From positions 256,001 through 320,000 of the forward strand of contig CBDCNQ010000004.1 of NCBI GenBank assembly GCA_965219445.1: a DNA stretch of 64,000 nt, given 5' to 3'. A program made the translations under genes and the position numbers. Positions 20,292 to 30,401 of the stretch are shown here, piece by piece. Under the pieces are notes generated by a model. That model was not told where the DNA came from and made no database searches. It saw only the letters and a list, made by a program, of their open reading frames with translations. The first letter of the stretch is position 1. Each line of letters starts with the position of its first letter. This DNA comes from Longimicrobiales bacterium. Lineage in GTDB: Bacteria > Gemmatimonadota > Gemmatimonadetes > Longimicrobiales > Gaopeijiaceae.

Positions 20292-22022
20292 CTATCGCCG
20301 ACCCGATCCACGATAACGCCGGATCCTCACCTCCAGTGAGTCGGCGAGGGCGGTGTCGCCGCCTCGCTGTGCGAGCCGTAGAGCATCCTGTGCCGCCCCG
20401 ACGGCTTCGTCGATTTGTCCGAGCGTCGCGAGCGCGCCGGCGAGCACGTCCAATGCGTAGGGATCCTGTCGGTTCGACATCATGACACCTTGGCGGGCGA
20501 CTAGCATCGAGGATTGCGCGTCGCCCTTGGCCGCGAAGATCCGGCTGAGCCCGACCAACGCCCCCACATGGTCCGCCCGGTACTGCAGCGCCTCCTGAAA
20601 GTGCCCTGTGGCCGCATCCAGATCTCCGGCCTCGACCAGGGATTGGCCTTGGATGAACTCGTTGTACGCCATGTAGGCCATATCCTCGGATACGTGCTTC
20701 CATGCCTGCTCTTCGAGCAGCTGTCGTCGGTCCGCGGAGCTCCGGGGCAGAACCTGAAGCATCAGATCCGCCATCTCGTCCGTGGAGTTCGAGCCATTCA
20801 CCACGCGCGTCGGAGGACTAGACGGATTGCGCGGGTTCGCGGCCGAGTTGTCGAAGGTGTACTCCATTAGAATGGTCGTGCCGGCCGGCAAAGAAATCGG
20901 CTCGATGAATCGGTAGTCGTCCTGCCAATTGAAGTCCCAGTTCGGAATATGGATGAGCGACACCTCGCGGCCCCCGGGAAGGACGGCGGTGGCACGGAGG
21001 TCCTTCCCGAGGTAGTGCGCGTGCGGATACGCACTCAGGACGGCCACCTCGACCGGGAGCGTGAAGCTGTTAGTCACCGAGTAGTCCGACGCCCCGGCCG
21101 GAATGTCGATCATCAGGGAACTGATGACGAGGATCGCCGGCTCCCGGGTCGGTGGCTCGTCAGCGAAGTGGAAATCGACCTCGGCCGTGACCTCCTCCTC
21201 CACGCCGGACGTGCGGAAATGCAACTGCACGACCAGATCGGTCCCGGGTTCGAGGCGCCAAGGCATGCCGTCGAGCGGAGGAAGCCGTGTTATGCCCGGC
21301 GTCCATCCGATGAAGTGACCGCTGGGACGCGCCGCGTTGCTCCGGAGCTGCATGCCGTCGAACCCTGAACCGCCTTTCGCCCGCGCCAGCTCGCGCGACG
21401 ACGAGGTCGTGTCCACCATCATGCGCGCGTGGTGCACCACGTTTCGGCTTCCGGGCCTCAACTCGACGTACTCGATCCAACGCGTCTCGGCGACCGGAAT
21501 AGGCACGACCAGGTTCCGATACACGTCGAGGCCGCGGGCCGGTACCGTATACGTCGGCAACTGTACAGTCAGATCCGCGGGGCCGGGGTTCCACCCCGTC
21601 TCGGCCACTTGGTCGGTGGCACGCGAGAGATCGCCGGCGGGCGCTCCTTCTTCAGCCCACTGGCCAAAGAGTCTGATCTCGTCGGACGTCAGTCGGCGCT
21701 CACCGTAGAACGTTCCGGGCTCTGATTCCGGGAGCCAGGGCGGCATGACACGGCGCTCCGTCACATGGGCGATAAGCCCGGCGCGGGAGCGCGCGTCCTC
21801 GTACGCCAGGAGGCTGAACGGCGCAGAACCACCCGGGCGGTGACAACCGACGCACTCGCGTGCGAGAATCGGGGCGATATCCGCGGCGTAGGTCACCGCA
21901 GACTGTGCCCCGGCGTTCGGCGCGCCGACCATCGAGGAGCCCAGCATCGCGGGGACCGCCAGGACAGCGAGTGTTCCAGTCAACCCGGACACGACAAAGG
22001 AAGCGTTCAAGGATTCGGTCAT
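20292..22022 (-). CDS. Cytochrome c (CxxCH) plus copper type II monooxygenase-like domains plus TPR
   Basis: CVGCH, VMPPW, VVHH, PHAHYLGK, WDFNWQ, DEM; C-terminal TPR helices. Confidence 0.8.
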   Translation of the reverse strand: MTESLNASFVVSGLTGTLAVLAVPAMLGSSMVGAPNAGAQSAVTYAADIAPILARECVGCHRPGGSAPFSLLAYEDARSRAGLIAHVTERRVMPPWLPESEPGTFYGERRLTSDEIRLFGQWAEEGAPAGDLSRATDQVAETGWNPGPADLTVQLPTYTVPARGLDVYRNLVVPIPVAETRWIEYVELRPGSRNVVHHARMMVDTTSSSRELARAKGGSGFDGMQLRSNAARPSGHFIGWTPGITRLPPLDGMPWRLEPGTDLVVQLHFRTSGVEEEVTAEVDFHFADEPPTREPAILVISSLMIDIPAGASDYSVTNSFTLPVEVAVLSAYPHAHYLGKDLRATAVLPGGREVSLIHIPNWDFNWQDDYRFIEPISLPAGTTILMEYTFDNSAANPRNPSSPPTRVVNGSNSTDEMADLMLQVLPRSSADRRQLLEEQAWKHVSEDMAYMAYNEFIQGQSLVEAGDLDAATGHFQEALQYRADHVGALVGLSRIFAAKGDAQSSMLVARQGVMMSNRQDPYALDVLAGALATLGQIDEAVGAAQDALRLAQRGGDTALADSLEVRIRRYRGSGRR

Positions 22023-22110
22023 GGCGGGCAAGATGCGTCAAACGTGTATGGGGCGGCAAGCGCCCACTTCAAGAAGAACCGCTCAGACTATTACGACGCG
22101 CCGCTATCGG

Positions 22111-22497
22111 TTAGGCCGATTCGAGATCCGTCTGCGGGAAATCCTCGCCCACAAACAGCAAGGGCTCACCCGACAGGCGGGCCACAGCGTAGGTCAGACA
22201 ATCCCCGAAGTTCAGGCCCGCCGGATCCTGCCCTTTCCCGAACCTTCTGTACGCCTCCACCGCTTCCCGCCAGTGCACACTCCCGAACGAGATCTCTTCG
22301 ATAGCGAGCTCGTCTAGCAATCTCTCTAGCAGACCAGGCGCACCGGCGCCGAGGCGGGCGTGGAGCACGATTCCCGCCTCCGCCAGCGTTGGACTCCCGG
22401 CCGCTACGACAGGTGCCGAGAGGATCCGATCAAGAACGTCTTCATAACCGGACTCCTGAAATACGATGGCCAGCAATGCGGATGCATCGACGATCAT
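22111..22497 (-). CDS. vapC: VapC PIN-domain toxin
   Basis: MIVDASALLAI, FGKG..PAGLNFGDCLTYA, LLFVGEDF. Confidence 0.92.
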   Translation of the reverse strand: MIVDASALLAIVFQESGYEDVLDRILSAPVVAAGSPTLAEAGIVLHARLGAGAPGLLERLLDELAIEEISFGSVHWREAVEAYRRFGKGQDPAGLNFGDCLTYAVARLSGEPLLFVGEDFPQTDLESA

Positions 22498-22766
22498 ACG
22501 CCGTCGGGACCCAAGCCAAGGATGCGCTCTCGCTCCTCGCGGCTGGGGGGGCAGCCGAGTTGATCCGGGGGGACCTGTGACCAGACCTCCCGTGAGAGAA
22601 ACCTCTGAATTCGGTCAGCCCGAGCACTGTCGGACATGCGGACCCTGAGTCGTTGATGTCGCTCGCTCAAAGCCTGTCGAACGGCCTCCGTCTTGGACTC
22701 ACCAGTCAGCGCTGCAACCTCAGCCGCCAGTCGTTCGACCTCAGGATTCTTGATGTTGAGGGCCAT
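22494..22766 (-). CDS. vapB: VapB antitoxin (Rv0623-like)
   Basis: MALNIKNPEVERLAAEVAALTGESKTEAVRQAL; ATGA overlap with vapC. Confidence 0.9.
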   Translation of the reverse strand: MALNIKNPEVERLAAEVAALTGESKTEAVRQALSERHQRLRVRMSDSARADRIQRFLSREVWSQVPPDQLGCPPSREERERILGLGPDGV

Positions 22767-22780
22767 GGTGTGGACCCAAA

Positions 22781-22813
22781 GGTGTAATTATACCGTTATG
22801 GTGTAATTATACC
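22781..22813. promoter_or_regulatory. Putative vapBC operator: two copies of the near-palindrome GGTGTAATTATACC
   Basis: Copies at 22781-22794 and 22800-22813, 15-47 bp upstream of vapB. Confidence 0.7.
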
Positions 22814-23031
22814 CAACTGAGACCGTCTTGACCAGTATTTATAGCTCCACGAAGCAGGCCATCAAGGGTCCTGCTGTGGTGACCTGGGTTTCCGGCTCTT
22901 TGGTGTCGGTGGGTTAGGGGGTAAAAAGGGGGCTATGGGACCTCAAGCGGGACCCCAAAAAACTCGGGTTGCCTGGCGGGAACTCAGTGGAGGGGGGAGG
23001 AGCTCTGGCCTCCGGACGCTCAGGAACGCAG

Positions 23032-23266
23032 CTAAGGGCGGCCGAAGTTCGCCTCGAACCGATCAAAGCGTCCTTCCAGGCGGTCGATTCGCGCGGCGTT
23101 CCCTGTGACGCCTTCGGCCACAGCACGCAGGTCGTGGCTTAGCTGTTCTTGGCCCACCTCGACACGGATCACGCGCCCTTCGAGACGATCCAGCCGACCA
23201 CCGTGCTCCTCGTAGATCCGGCCGACCATCTCGTATTTCCGCGTCCTGGAATTGCTGTTGGGTCAT
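23032..23266 (-). pseudogene. Small coiled-coil protein, frameshifted
   Basis: MTQQQFQD in one frame continues in another as heptad repeats RLDRLEGRV..RIDRLEGRFDRFE. Confidence 0.45.
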
Positions 23267-23340
23267 CGGTCCCTGAGTGCTCGGAAGGCTCGAGAGCGCA
23301 ATCTACGCATCGGGGCTGAGCTGGAACATGTCGAAGGGGA

Positions 23341-24591
23341 TTACCTGGGTCGCAATCCGGCCAGTTCTGCGAGTGCGCCGAGCGTCGTCTGCGCCGCATT
23401 GAGGCCGAGCAGGAAATCCTCATCGGAGTAGGTAGCGACGAGATCGGTCGGCTGATGCCAATTGGGATTCCATCCCCCTCCGATGTGCATGCCTCGCTCG
23501 TTCTCGCGGAGGCTGATCGCGGGCACGATGTCCATGAACCACCTGGAGTCAGTGTTGGTCATGTGCGGGCCCACGGCGGCCGGGTAGTCCGTGGCGTACC
23601 GTTCGTTGGCGTCGCGGAAGAAGAAGGCGAGCCTCATGGCCTCGTCAGCCAACTCGGCGCTCGACTGGAACTCTATGTTGACGTCGGCCTCGGGCCGCTG
23701 GGTCGGGCTGAGGGAGCCGTCTGCACGAGGCATTCCGTGGTCGAACAACATCATGTCGTGCTGGATCATGCCCAGCCAGGTCGGCTCGGGATAGAACCCT
23801 GACCCGGCCGGTTCCTCCCGACCTTGAAGGCCCCTGCGCTGCTCGACGTACGCAAGAGCACCGAGCGATCCGCCTTCTTCGTGGTTCCAGAGGACGAAAC
23901 GGATGGATCGTTCGGTCTCCACGTCCGGTCCACTGAAGACCCGCGCGAGCTCCATCACGAGCGCCGTGCCGGACGCGTCGTCGTCGGCCCCTTGGCCGAA
24001 GCCACGCCCATCCATGTGGGCACCGACGATGTACATCTCATCCGGTCGGGTTGTCCCGACCTTCGTACAGTACACCTGCTCGCGTTGGCCAGGACTGGCG
24101 GGTTGAGCGTTGAGCGTGCGGAGAACTTCGTCCGGTTGCGCTGCAGGATCGTTGTTCGCTGCGGTCGGCCTCGTGACGCCACGCAGTCGGGAGCCGCCCG
24201 CGGACATCCTGACTTCGCCACTCGCGATCACCGGAACGGGCGGAGCCTCCGGACCTGGTTGCGACGGCTGGGCCGGCCTGGGCGGTGGTGGATCGAAGAC
24301 GAACTGCATGCGCTCGGTCGCACAGCCGTAACTGCGCAGCTGCACGTCGATCCAATCGACGGCGGCCTGGTTGCGATCAGTCCCTGCCAGGCGATCGCCG
24401 AACTGCGCCAAGCCCTCAATCGTCGCCTTATAACGCTCCAAATCGAGGCGCCCGACGAGCTCCGCCACTTCAGCCACGGGGGGAGTGAGCCGCGCCGGGG
24501 CGGCGGTGCTTGGCAGCCGTTCCTCGACAGCGGAGCCGGCGCACGCCGTCAGCAGGGTGGCGAATACGACGAGGAAAGTGTTCCTGGACAT
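23341..24591 (-). CDS. M28 family peptidase, lipoprotein
   Basis: VGAHMD, GADDDASG, HEEGG, QHDM, WHQPTD. Confidence 0.85.
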   Translation of the reverse strand: MSRNTFLVVFATLLTACAGSAVEERLPSTAAPARLTPPVAEVAELVGRLDLERYKATIEGLAQFGDRLAGTDRNQAAVDWIDVQLRSYGCATERMQFVFDPPPPRPAQPSQPGPEAPPVPVIASGEVRMSAGGSRLRGVTRPTAANNDPAAQPDEVLRTLNAQPASPGQREQVYCTKVGTTRPDEMYIVGAHMDGRGFGQGADDDASGTALVMELARVFSGPDVETERSIRFVLWNHEEGGSLGALAYVEQRRGLQGREEPAGSGFYPEPTWLGMIQHDMMLFDHGMPRADGSLSPTQRPEADVNIEFQSSAELADEAMRLAFFFRDANERYATDYPAAVGPHMTNTDSRWFMDIVPAISLRENERGMHIGGGWNPNWHQPTDLVATYSDEDFLLGLNAAQTTLGALAELAGLRPR

Positions 24592-24621
24592 ATGAACGCG
24601 GTGAGGGTCAGGCAAACCAAA

Positions 24622-24686
24622 ATGGGCGCACTCCGAGATCAGGCTGCGCTCAACATCCCAGAGCGGGCCGGTGGGCGCAAGCAGAA
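24622..24686 (-). repeat. Dispersed promoter-like repeat, copy 2
   Basis: tgggcgcactcc..ctcaacatcccagagcgggccggtgggcgcaagcaga. Confidence 0.7.
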
Positions 24687-24745
24687 GGGTTTGATCGGGG
24701 GGCTCCCTAGGGTTTCCTTAGTGCGTCAGGCGACCTTCTTCGGGG

Positions 24746-25780
24746 CTAGTTCTGGACGGCCTCACGTTCAGCCGACCTCGAAGCGCGGAGCCTGGCCTCG
24801 AGGGCGCTGCGCTCGGATGCGGTCAGATCGGCGAGGAAGCGGTCTGCGGCCGCGACCCAGGCATCGCGGTCGACGGCACGCGCGGCTGCGTCCAATGCGG
24901 CGAGCATCTCGCCTCGGACCGCCTGCCGCTCCGCGAACAGTTCCCTGGCAGCTTGCCCCCACCGCGGCGGCACGAGCGCGAACGAGACGTTCCGAATCCG
25001 ATCGGCGTCCGCCTCATCGGCCATCCAGCACGAGCTAGGCGGCTCGATGCCCGCAGTACGGTAAGGTAGCCAGAAGTTGAGGCCGGCAAACGGGCCGTTC
25101 GAAGATGGAACGAACCAGACGTGCAGCATGTGTAGGGTCCGACTTTCGTCGCCGAACTCTGGATGGTCGTGCCATCGGGCGAGGTCGCTTTCGAACGGTA
25201 TGGGCACTTTGGTTTCCGGCACGTCGATGAACACGTACGCCGCGCCGACGAGTTGCTCCCGGCCATCGATGCTGGCGAACATCAAGTGGTCCGGCGCATC
25301 GATCCACACACCGTCCAGGCTGCGTCCCTTGTGCACGTAATGCACGCCCATGCCGGGGATATCGCCCAATGCAGGATTGAACCCGGCGGCACGGGCGGCT
25401 TCCGGTGTATCGAGCTCGGACATCGCCTGTCGCAGTGCAGCGACTTGCAGGCGATCCGTCTCGGACAATCCGCTCCACGGCGGCGACGAAAGCGTCGTGC
25501 AGCTCACGGGCTCACCCGCATGGATGTGGGCCTGGTCTGGTGTCTGCGAGAGTGCTGAGCGTGGGGCCATGATGTCGGCCACCGGCTGCGGCTCGTCAAC
25601 GACTGCAGACGTCTTTCCGTCTGGGGTAGGCCCTGATGCCTCCGGCGGGGTGCAGCCAATGAGAGGAATCATCATCATCATCAGCGCGAACGTTCCGACA
25701 TCACCGAGGATCGCGTTTCGCCAGATGAAGAGACGCGAAGGCACTTTGGCCTCGGCCATGCGGGTGACGGGGTCGTACAC
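24746..25780 (-). CDS. Hypothetical exported protein with His/Met motifs (possibly metal-binding)
   Basis: PGMGVHYVH, PDHLMF, WHDH, MLHVW; start uncertain. Confidence 0.6.
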   Translation of the reverse strand: MYDPVTRMAEAKVPSRLFIWRNAILGDVGTFALMMMMIPLIGCTPPEASGPTPDGKTSAVVDEPQPVADIMAPRSALSQTPDQAHIHAGEPVSCTTLSSPPWSGLSETDRLQVAALRQAMSELDTPEAARAAGFNPALGDIPGMGVHYVHKGRSLDGVWIDAPDHLMFASIDGREQLVGAAYVFIDVPETKVPIPFESDLARWHDHPEFGDESRTLHMLHVWFVPSSNGPFAGLNFWLPYRTAGIEPPSSCWMADEADADRIRNVSFALVPPRWGQAARELFAERQAVRGEMLAALDAAARAVDRDAWVAAADRFLADLTASERSALEARLRASRSAEREAVQN

Positions 25781-25802
25781 AGTGATGTCCTCGGCATGGG
25801 AA

Positions 25803-25856
25803 GATCAGACCGAGGTCAACATCCGAGAGTGGGCCGATAGGCGCAAGCAGAACTTG
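25803..25856 (-). repeat. Dispersed promoter-like repeat, copy 3
   Basis: gatcagaccgaggtcaacatccgagagtgggccgataggcgcaagcagaacttg. Confidence 0.75.
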
Positions 25857-25934
25857 CTGATCTAACAAGCCGTGAGGCTCCGTGGTTCACGGGTCCGCGT
25901 TTGTGGAGGGCGCACCGTTAATGGCCCGGCGGGG

Positions 25935-26333
25935 CTACGACCAGAACTCGTCCCAAGCGTAGAGGTCGAAAAAGTGCTCCCTACCGTCAATAATCCGGCC
26001 GTCCTTGAACTCGAAGACGATGCAGCAGCCAACATCCAGGTGCTTGCCGGCCCTCTCCGCGCGGTTGTGATGAACGCCGATCACGCGGCCGTCATCACTC
26101 TTAGACAAGTGCTGCAATGCGGCCTTGAAGGTCCCTCCCGTCTCCCCCACATACCGGCCGAATTGGGCAAAGGTCGCGTCGCGGCCCTGGTGGTCGCCAG
26201 CGAGGGGGCCTCGCCCTGGCGTGTGCCACGAGGCGCTCTCGTCGAAGATCTCGGTGAGCGTCTTCATGTCGGCCGAGTTGAAGGCCTCGTAACCGCGTCG
26301 CACGGTCTCGGCGTTTCTTTCTGTGTCGTTCAC
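25935..26333 (-). CDS. SnoaL/NTF2-like protein
   Basis: NAETVRRGYEAFN..D, WHTPG..PLAGDHQGRD, FEFKDGRI. Confidence 0.85.
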   Translation of the reverse strand: MNDTERNAETVRRGYEAFNSADMKTLTEIFDESASWHTPGRGPLAGDHQGRDATFAQFGRYVGETGGTFKAALQHLSKSDDGRVIGVHHNRAERAGKHLDVGCCIVFEFKDGRIIDGREHFFDLYAWDEFWS

Positions 26334-26384
26334 GATGTAGTTCTCCTTGATCGTGATAGGTGTCTGTGCCTCCTAACGTACCAC

Positions 26385-26429
26385 CGAGAAGACGGCCACC
26401 TCCGAACGATAGGGCTTGGCCGTCTTTCT
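26385..26429 (-). terminator. Repeated hairpin/terminator module, copy 1
   Basis: cgagaagacggccacctccgaacgatagggcttggccgtctttct; copies at 29301 and 44063. Confidence 0.65.
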
Positions 26430-26452
26430 AAGCTCGGCCGGTTCAGCGGCCC

Positions 26453-27478
26453 TCATCGAGTCCAGAGAAGGACGACGCCGCAGGAATTAAGCATGCCGTA
26501 CTCGAAGGGTATGCCGGCAATTCCGTGGTAGACCTCCATCGCACTGATCCACTCCGGGGGGTATTGGTCGAGGTCCGGATCAAACATTCGAATCCCATCC
26601 ACGTACACCGGCAGAACACAGCCGCCCCCGCGAAAACCGAGGCCCCGCCCGCTCACGGCTACCGTGCCGCCGCGGTTACTTCGCCTCACCCTCACGCCTG
26701 GAACACGCCAAATAACGTCGGATACGTACATGGGATGAATGGCTTCGAGGTCTTTCTTAGCGAATTGCTTACCCCAGCCACCCTCCATTCTCCTGTAGAA
26801 TCCGTTCCGTTCGAGAAAGCGCGAGCGGACCGTCACTTCGATCGCCTCGAGTTCGATCGCCCGGGCAGACATCGAGGCGTTGATTTCGACCGTTCTTCCA
26901 GCTTGCACGATCAGTGTGGTCGTGCGGGAGGCGTAACCCAGGTGCGTGAACCGGACCTCCATCAACCCCGGCTCCAGGTCCCTCAAATCGAAACGGCCAC
27001 GTCCATCCGTCACTGTGCCAGCGCGTGTCGGGCTCAGTACCGTGACCTCCACGTCGGAAACCCCACGGTTTCTGCCCTCCTCGGTGACCCGACCGACGAT
27101 GCGCCCCGGAGCCAGCGGGTCGTAGGTCGGGTCACGGTCTAGCAGAATCAGTAAATCTTCGTGCCAGGGAACCGGCAATTCGCCCAGAATGATGGCGTCG
27201 TAGCCGACCCGCTCTGCCGTTAGGCGATGTCGCCCAGCCGGGAGACGACCGAGGTCGACCCGACCCAACTCGTCCGAGATCACACGAATGCCGAGTTCGG
27301 GCAACTCCACGATCGCCCCACTGAGCGGAGCTCGGGTCTCCGCATCCGCGACCTGGCCGGACCTCGCGAATCCGTCGTCCGCCAGGCCGACCGACTGATC
27401 CATGGCTCGGAGGTTGTCTGCAAGTGGACACGCCAGAAGGCCCGAAAAGACAATCACGAGAAGGGACGTTCGGTTCAT
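26453..27478 (-). CDS. Two carboxypeptidase-regulatory-like domains plus a TonB plug-like domain, no barrel
   Basis: [59 protein letters not shown]. Confidence 0.75.
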   Translation of the reverse strand: MNRTSLLVIVFSGLLACPLADNLRAMDQSVGLADDGFARSGQVADAETRAPLSGAIVELPELGIRVISDELGRVDLGRLPAGRHRLTAERVGYDAIILGELPVPWHEDLLILLDRDPTYDPLAPGRIVGRVTEEGRNRGVSDVEVTVLSPTRAGTVTDGRGRFDLRDLEPGLMEVRFTHLGYASRTTTLIVQAGRTVEINASMSARAIELEAIEVTVRSRFLERNGFYRRMEGGWGKQFAKKDLEAIHPMYVSDVIWRVPGVRVRRSNRGGTVAVSGRGLGFRGGGCVLPVYVDGIRMFDPDLDQYPPEWISAMEVYHGIAGIPFEYGMLNSCGVVLLWTR

Positions 27479-27579
27479 GTTGCCTCCTTCATCGCGACCT
27501 TGCGCCCGTGCTTGAGATCATCGGCCAAGTAGACCGTTGCCATGCCGCCCTCGCCGAGCTCACGCTCGATGGCGTAGCG
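27476..27579 (-). pseudogene. Remnant of a Ser/Thr protein kinase N-lobe
   Basis: Translates [31 protein letters not shown] (subdomains I-II). Confidence 0.8.
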
Positions 27580-27582
27580 GAA

Positions 27583-29145
27583 TTAATTGCCTATCGACTC
27601 GGTCCCTATCAGAGTGCCCTCCCTGGCTGTTGGCGGGAAGTTCTCCCCGCGCAATTGATTCATCGTCATCCCGTTTGCCCGATCGAGTGCTGCAGCGAAT
27701 GCGCGGGTGCTGCGCTCCAGACCGCTGGCGGGGACAAGCTCTGGCACATCAAGCGACGTGTGGTAGATCACGTGATCGATGATGTGGAAGGACGGTGCGT
27801 AATTGCCATTCTTAGGCCCATCTTCCAGGGCATATACTGACACACCGAACTCGCGCAACGTATTGAAGACCATCTGCTCGAATTCGGGGCTACCGAGCGC
27901 GTTCCAACGGAAGGCACCCACGGCGTTGGTTGGCGTGAGAGCATCGTTATACATGTAGAGCAGGGTCTGCGAAGCATGCTCCATGGTCAACTTCACGGCG
28001 ACTTTGTCCCAGGGGTACGAATCATTGATGCCGACACCCTCACGGCCGCGGGCGACTTCGCCGTGATGATGATCTGAGAATTGAATGAACTTCATCGTGC
28101 GTGGGCGTTCCTCAAGAGGCTTTTGCGCATAGAACCGTGCAATTTCCAGCGCGCTCGCCATTCCCGCCGCGTTGTCCATTGCCGCCTGAAAGTATCCATC
28201 GGTGTGCGTCATGACGACGATTTCCTCGTCAGACATGCCTGGGAGGGTTGCGATTGTGTACTCGGTCGCAAGATCGCGCAGTTCCTCCACTTCAAGCCGG
28301 AAGGTGAGTTCGACCCTTTCGCCTCTATCGAGCCGGTCCCTCAACGCGAAGCCTTCGTCCATGCTCAATGTGAATTGCGGAACCTCCGGCGTGCCGCCCT
28401 CGGGTTGAAACTGGCCATTGCCGGGTACCCCCATCACATTCACCACCATCGCAGCACCCATTTCGACGGCCCTGGTATTAGCATTGAAGAGGCCTGCGCG
28501 TCCACTCGCCGAATGGCTACGCCCTCCAGGGACGAACACGCTATAGACGACGACCGCCTTCCCCTCGACATCTCTACCGATGAAATCGGCCCCCGCGCCG
28601 ACGCCCACCCAAACCGCCTCCGCCGTGATGCTTTGAGGCCCAGTGGCCTTTGTGCGAGCAACGGGGAATGCGGTCGCCAGGTGTATCGTGGATCCGTCAG
28701 CCGTCTCGTAGCTCGCGGCCCAATCCGTCGGTCTCCAATCACGGGGCAGCACATAGGGGAAGTGCTCGACGGTGAGCCCGAGGTCCTCGAACCCGCTCGT
28801 CATGTATAGCATGCCTTCGCGGTCGGCGGTTGTGCCAGGCAAGCGACCCCACCATTTGTGTCCAGCATCACGATAGCGGACGGCGATCTGCGCGAGGTCG
28901 ACTACGTGCCGTTTCATCCGAGCACCATCGATGCTGGCGTACTGACTCTGCTCCGAAGTCAGCGGCCAGACCGGGTATTGATCGTCAGCGAAGAGCAGCA
29001 GATCGCGGTCTCTTGGCAGCCCTTCACCGTACGTTTTTTCCACCTTGGGGCCAAGATCGATTTGAGCATGAGAAACAGCAGGACTCGCAAACACCACCCC
29101 GAGTGTGGCCAACGAAACGAAACCGTAGCTTCGCAATCTCCTCAT
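27583..29145 (-). CDS. M28 family peptidase with PA domain
   Basis: GRLPGT, DVEGKAVV, THTDG..AAMDNAAG, YHTSLD. Confidence 0.8.
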   Translation of the reverse strand: MRRLRSYGFVSLATLGVVFASPAVSHAQIDLGPKVEKTYGEGLPRDRDLLLFADDQYPVWPLTSEQSQYASIDGARMKRHVVDLAQIAVRYRDAGHKWWGRLPGTTADREGMLYMTSGFEDLGLTVEHFPYVLPRDWRPTDWAASYETADGSTIHLATAFPVARTKATGPQSITAEAVWVGVGAGADFIGRDVEGKAVVVYSVFVPGGRSHSASGRAGLFNANTRAVEMGAAMVVNVMGVPGNGQFQPEGGTPEVPQFTLSMDEGFALRDRLDRGERVELTFRLEVEELRDLATEYTIATLPGMSDEEIVVMTHTDGYFQAAMDNAAGMASALEIARFYAQKPLEERPRTMKFIQFSDHHHGEVARGREGVGINDSYPWDKVAVKLTMEHASQTLLYMYNDALTPTNAVGAFRWNALGSPEFEQMVFNTLREFGVSVYALEDGPKNGNYAPSFHIIDHVIYHTSLDVPELVPASGLERSTRAFAAALDRANGMTMNQLRGENFPPTAREGTLIGTESIGN

Positions 29146-29251
29146 CTTGCTTCTCCTGGTGACGTTTAGGTCTATTCTCCAAGACAATGTGCCAAACTAC
29201 CCAGCCTACCCACACCGGAGACGGCATCGGACATGGGCGCACTCCTGCCGC

Positions 29252-29340
29252 TCAACATCCGAGAGTGGGGCGGTAGGCGCAAGCAGAGACTTGTCCCGAA
29301 CGAGAAGACGGCCACCTCCGAACGATGGGGGTGGCCGTTT
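29252..29340 (-). repeat. Promoter-like repeat copy 4 (29252-29293) next to hairpin repeat copy 2 (29301-29340)
   Basis: tcaacatccgagagtggggcggtaggcgcaagcagagacttg followed by cgagaagacggccacctccgaacgatgggggtggccgttt. Confidence 0.75.
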
Positions 29341-29375
29341 GTGCGTGGGATGGCTGGATGATGATCCCGATCACG

Positions 29376-30106
29376 CTAGATCCCGACCGACACCCCCACC
29401 CGGAAGCTCCACAGGTTCGCATCGGTCCTGCGTGGATAGATGACGACGCTGCCATCCGGCTGATCGACGATGTCTCCCTCGCGGAGATATGTGGCCGTGC
29501 CGTTGCGATGATAGTCGGCGCCGAGATCCAACCAGGTCGGGTGCCGTCCGTTCGACAGGCGAACACCCAAACCCGCGCCCATCCGCTTCTGAAAGACGAC
29601 GTCCTCCCAGTTGTTGGTATTGGCGTACGTGTAGCCGGCCCAGTCATCGCTTCCGCTGAGTCCGGAAGTCGTTACGAAATAGCTGACAGGTTCCGGGAGG
29701 CCCTGGCATAGGGTCGCAATCGATCCACCTGCATGGCCAATTCAGGGCCGACGCCCAGAAATAGAATGTTGTTCTGCGTGTCAAGGTCCACACCCACCCG
29801 ACAGCTGTAGACGCTGCAAAACTGGAGCGTTTCGTTACCGTAGTTGATGAATCCTATGCTGCCCCTCAGGCTGAACAGCCCGACCGGATCCAGCTCATAG
29901 CGTCCTCCGAGTTCAAAACCCCACCCTCGTTCGACAATCAGCCCGAAATCCCCGGTGGGCTGCGCCCCAACAAACGTGACGTCGAAATATCCGCGAGGCG
30001 CGCGGACCTCTTCAGACTGGGCTTGGGCTTCTGTGGGAAGCAAGAACCCTCCCAACCAGACCGCCCCTGCCGTTATTAGAAAAGCTCTCACGAGGAGCAA
30101 TGTCAT
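29376..30106 (-). pseudogene. Outer-membrane beta-barrel protein broken by frameshift(s)
   Basis: Signal peptide, AQPTGDF, GFINYGNET, RPY; the C-terminal part LDLGADYHRNG..WSFRVGVSVGI lies in another frame. Confidence 0.65.
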
Positions 30107-30401
30107 CCCTCCTTCAGCGTCTTGGCCGTCCCCTACCTCCACGCAACACTGATTCAGGGCTCGTTGCAACGGTTTTGGACCCCACGCAAGCCGGAGTCTA
30201 CTCCACCACCACCGAACCGGCTCTTATGGCGAGCTCCCCTCGTGGTGGTTGCGTATAGCCTGACAGGACGCGTATGTTGCCGTCTCGCCAGAATCGGGGA
30301 CGCGAGTACCCCCCTCGGGATGCAGCTTAGCGACGGGTAGAAGCCCACATATTTTTTTCACAAGTCCGCGCATTAGGCCGTCCAACAGAGAAGAACAAGT
30401 C

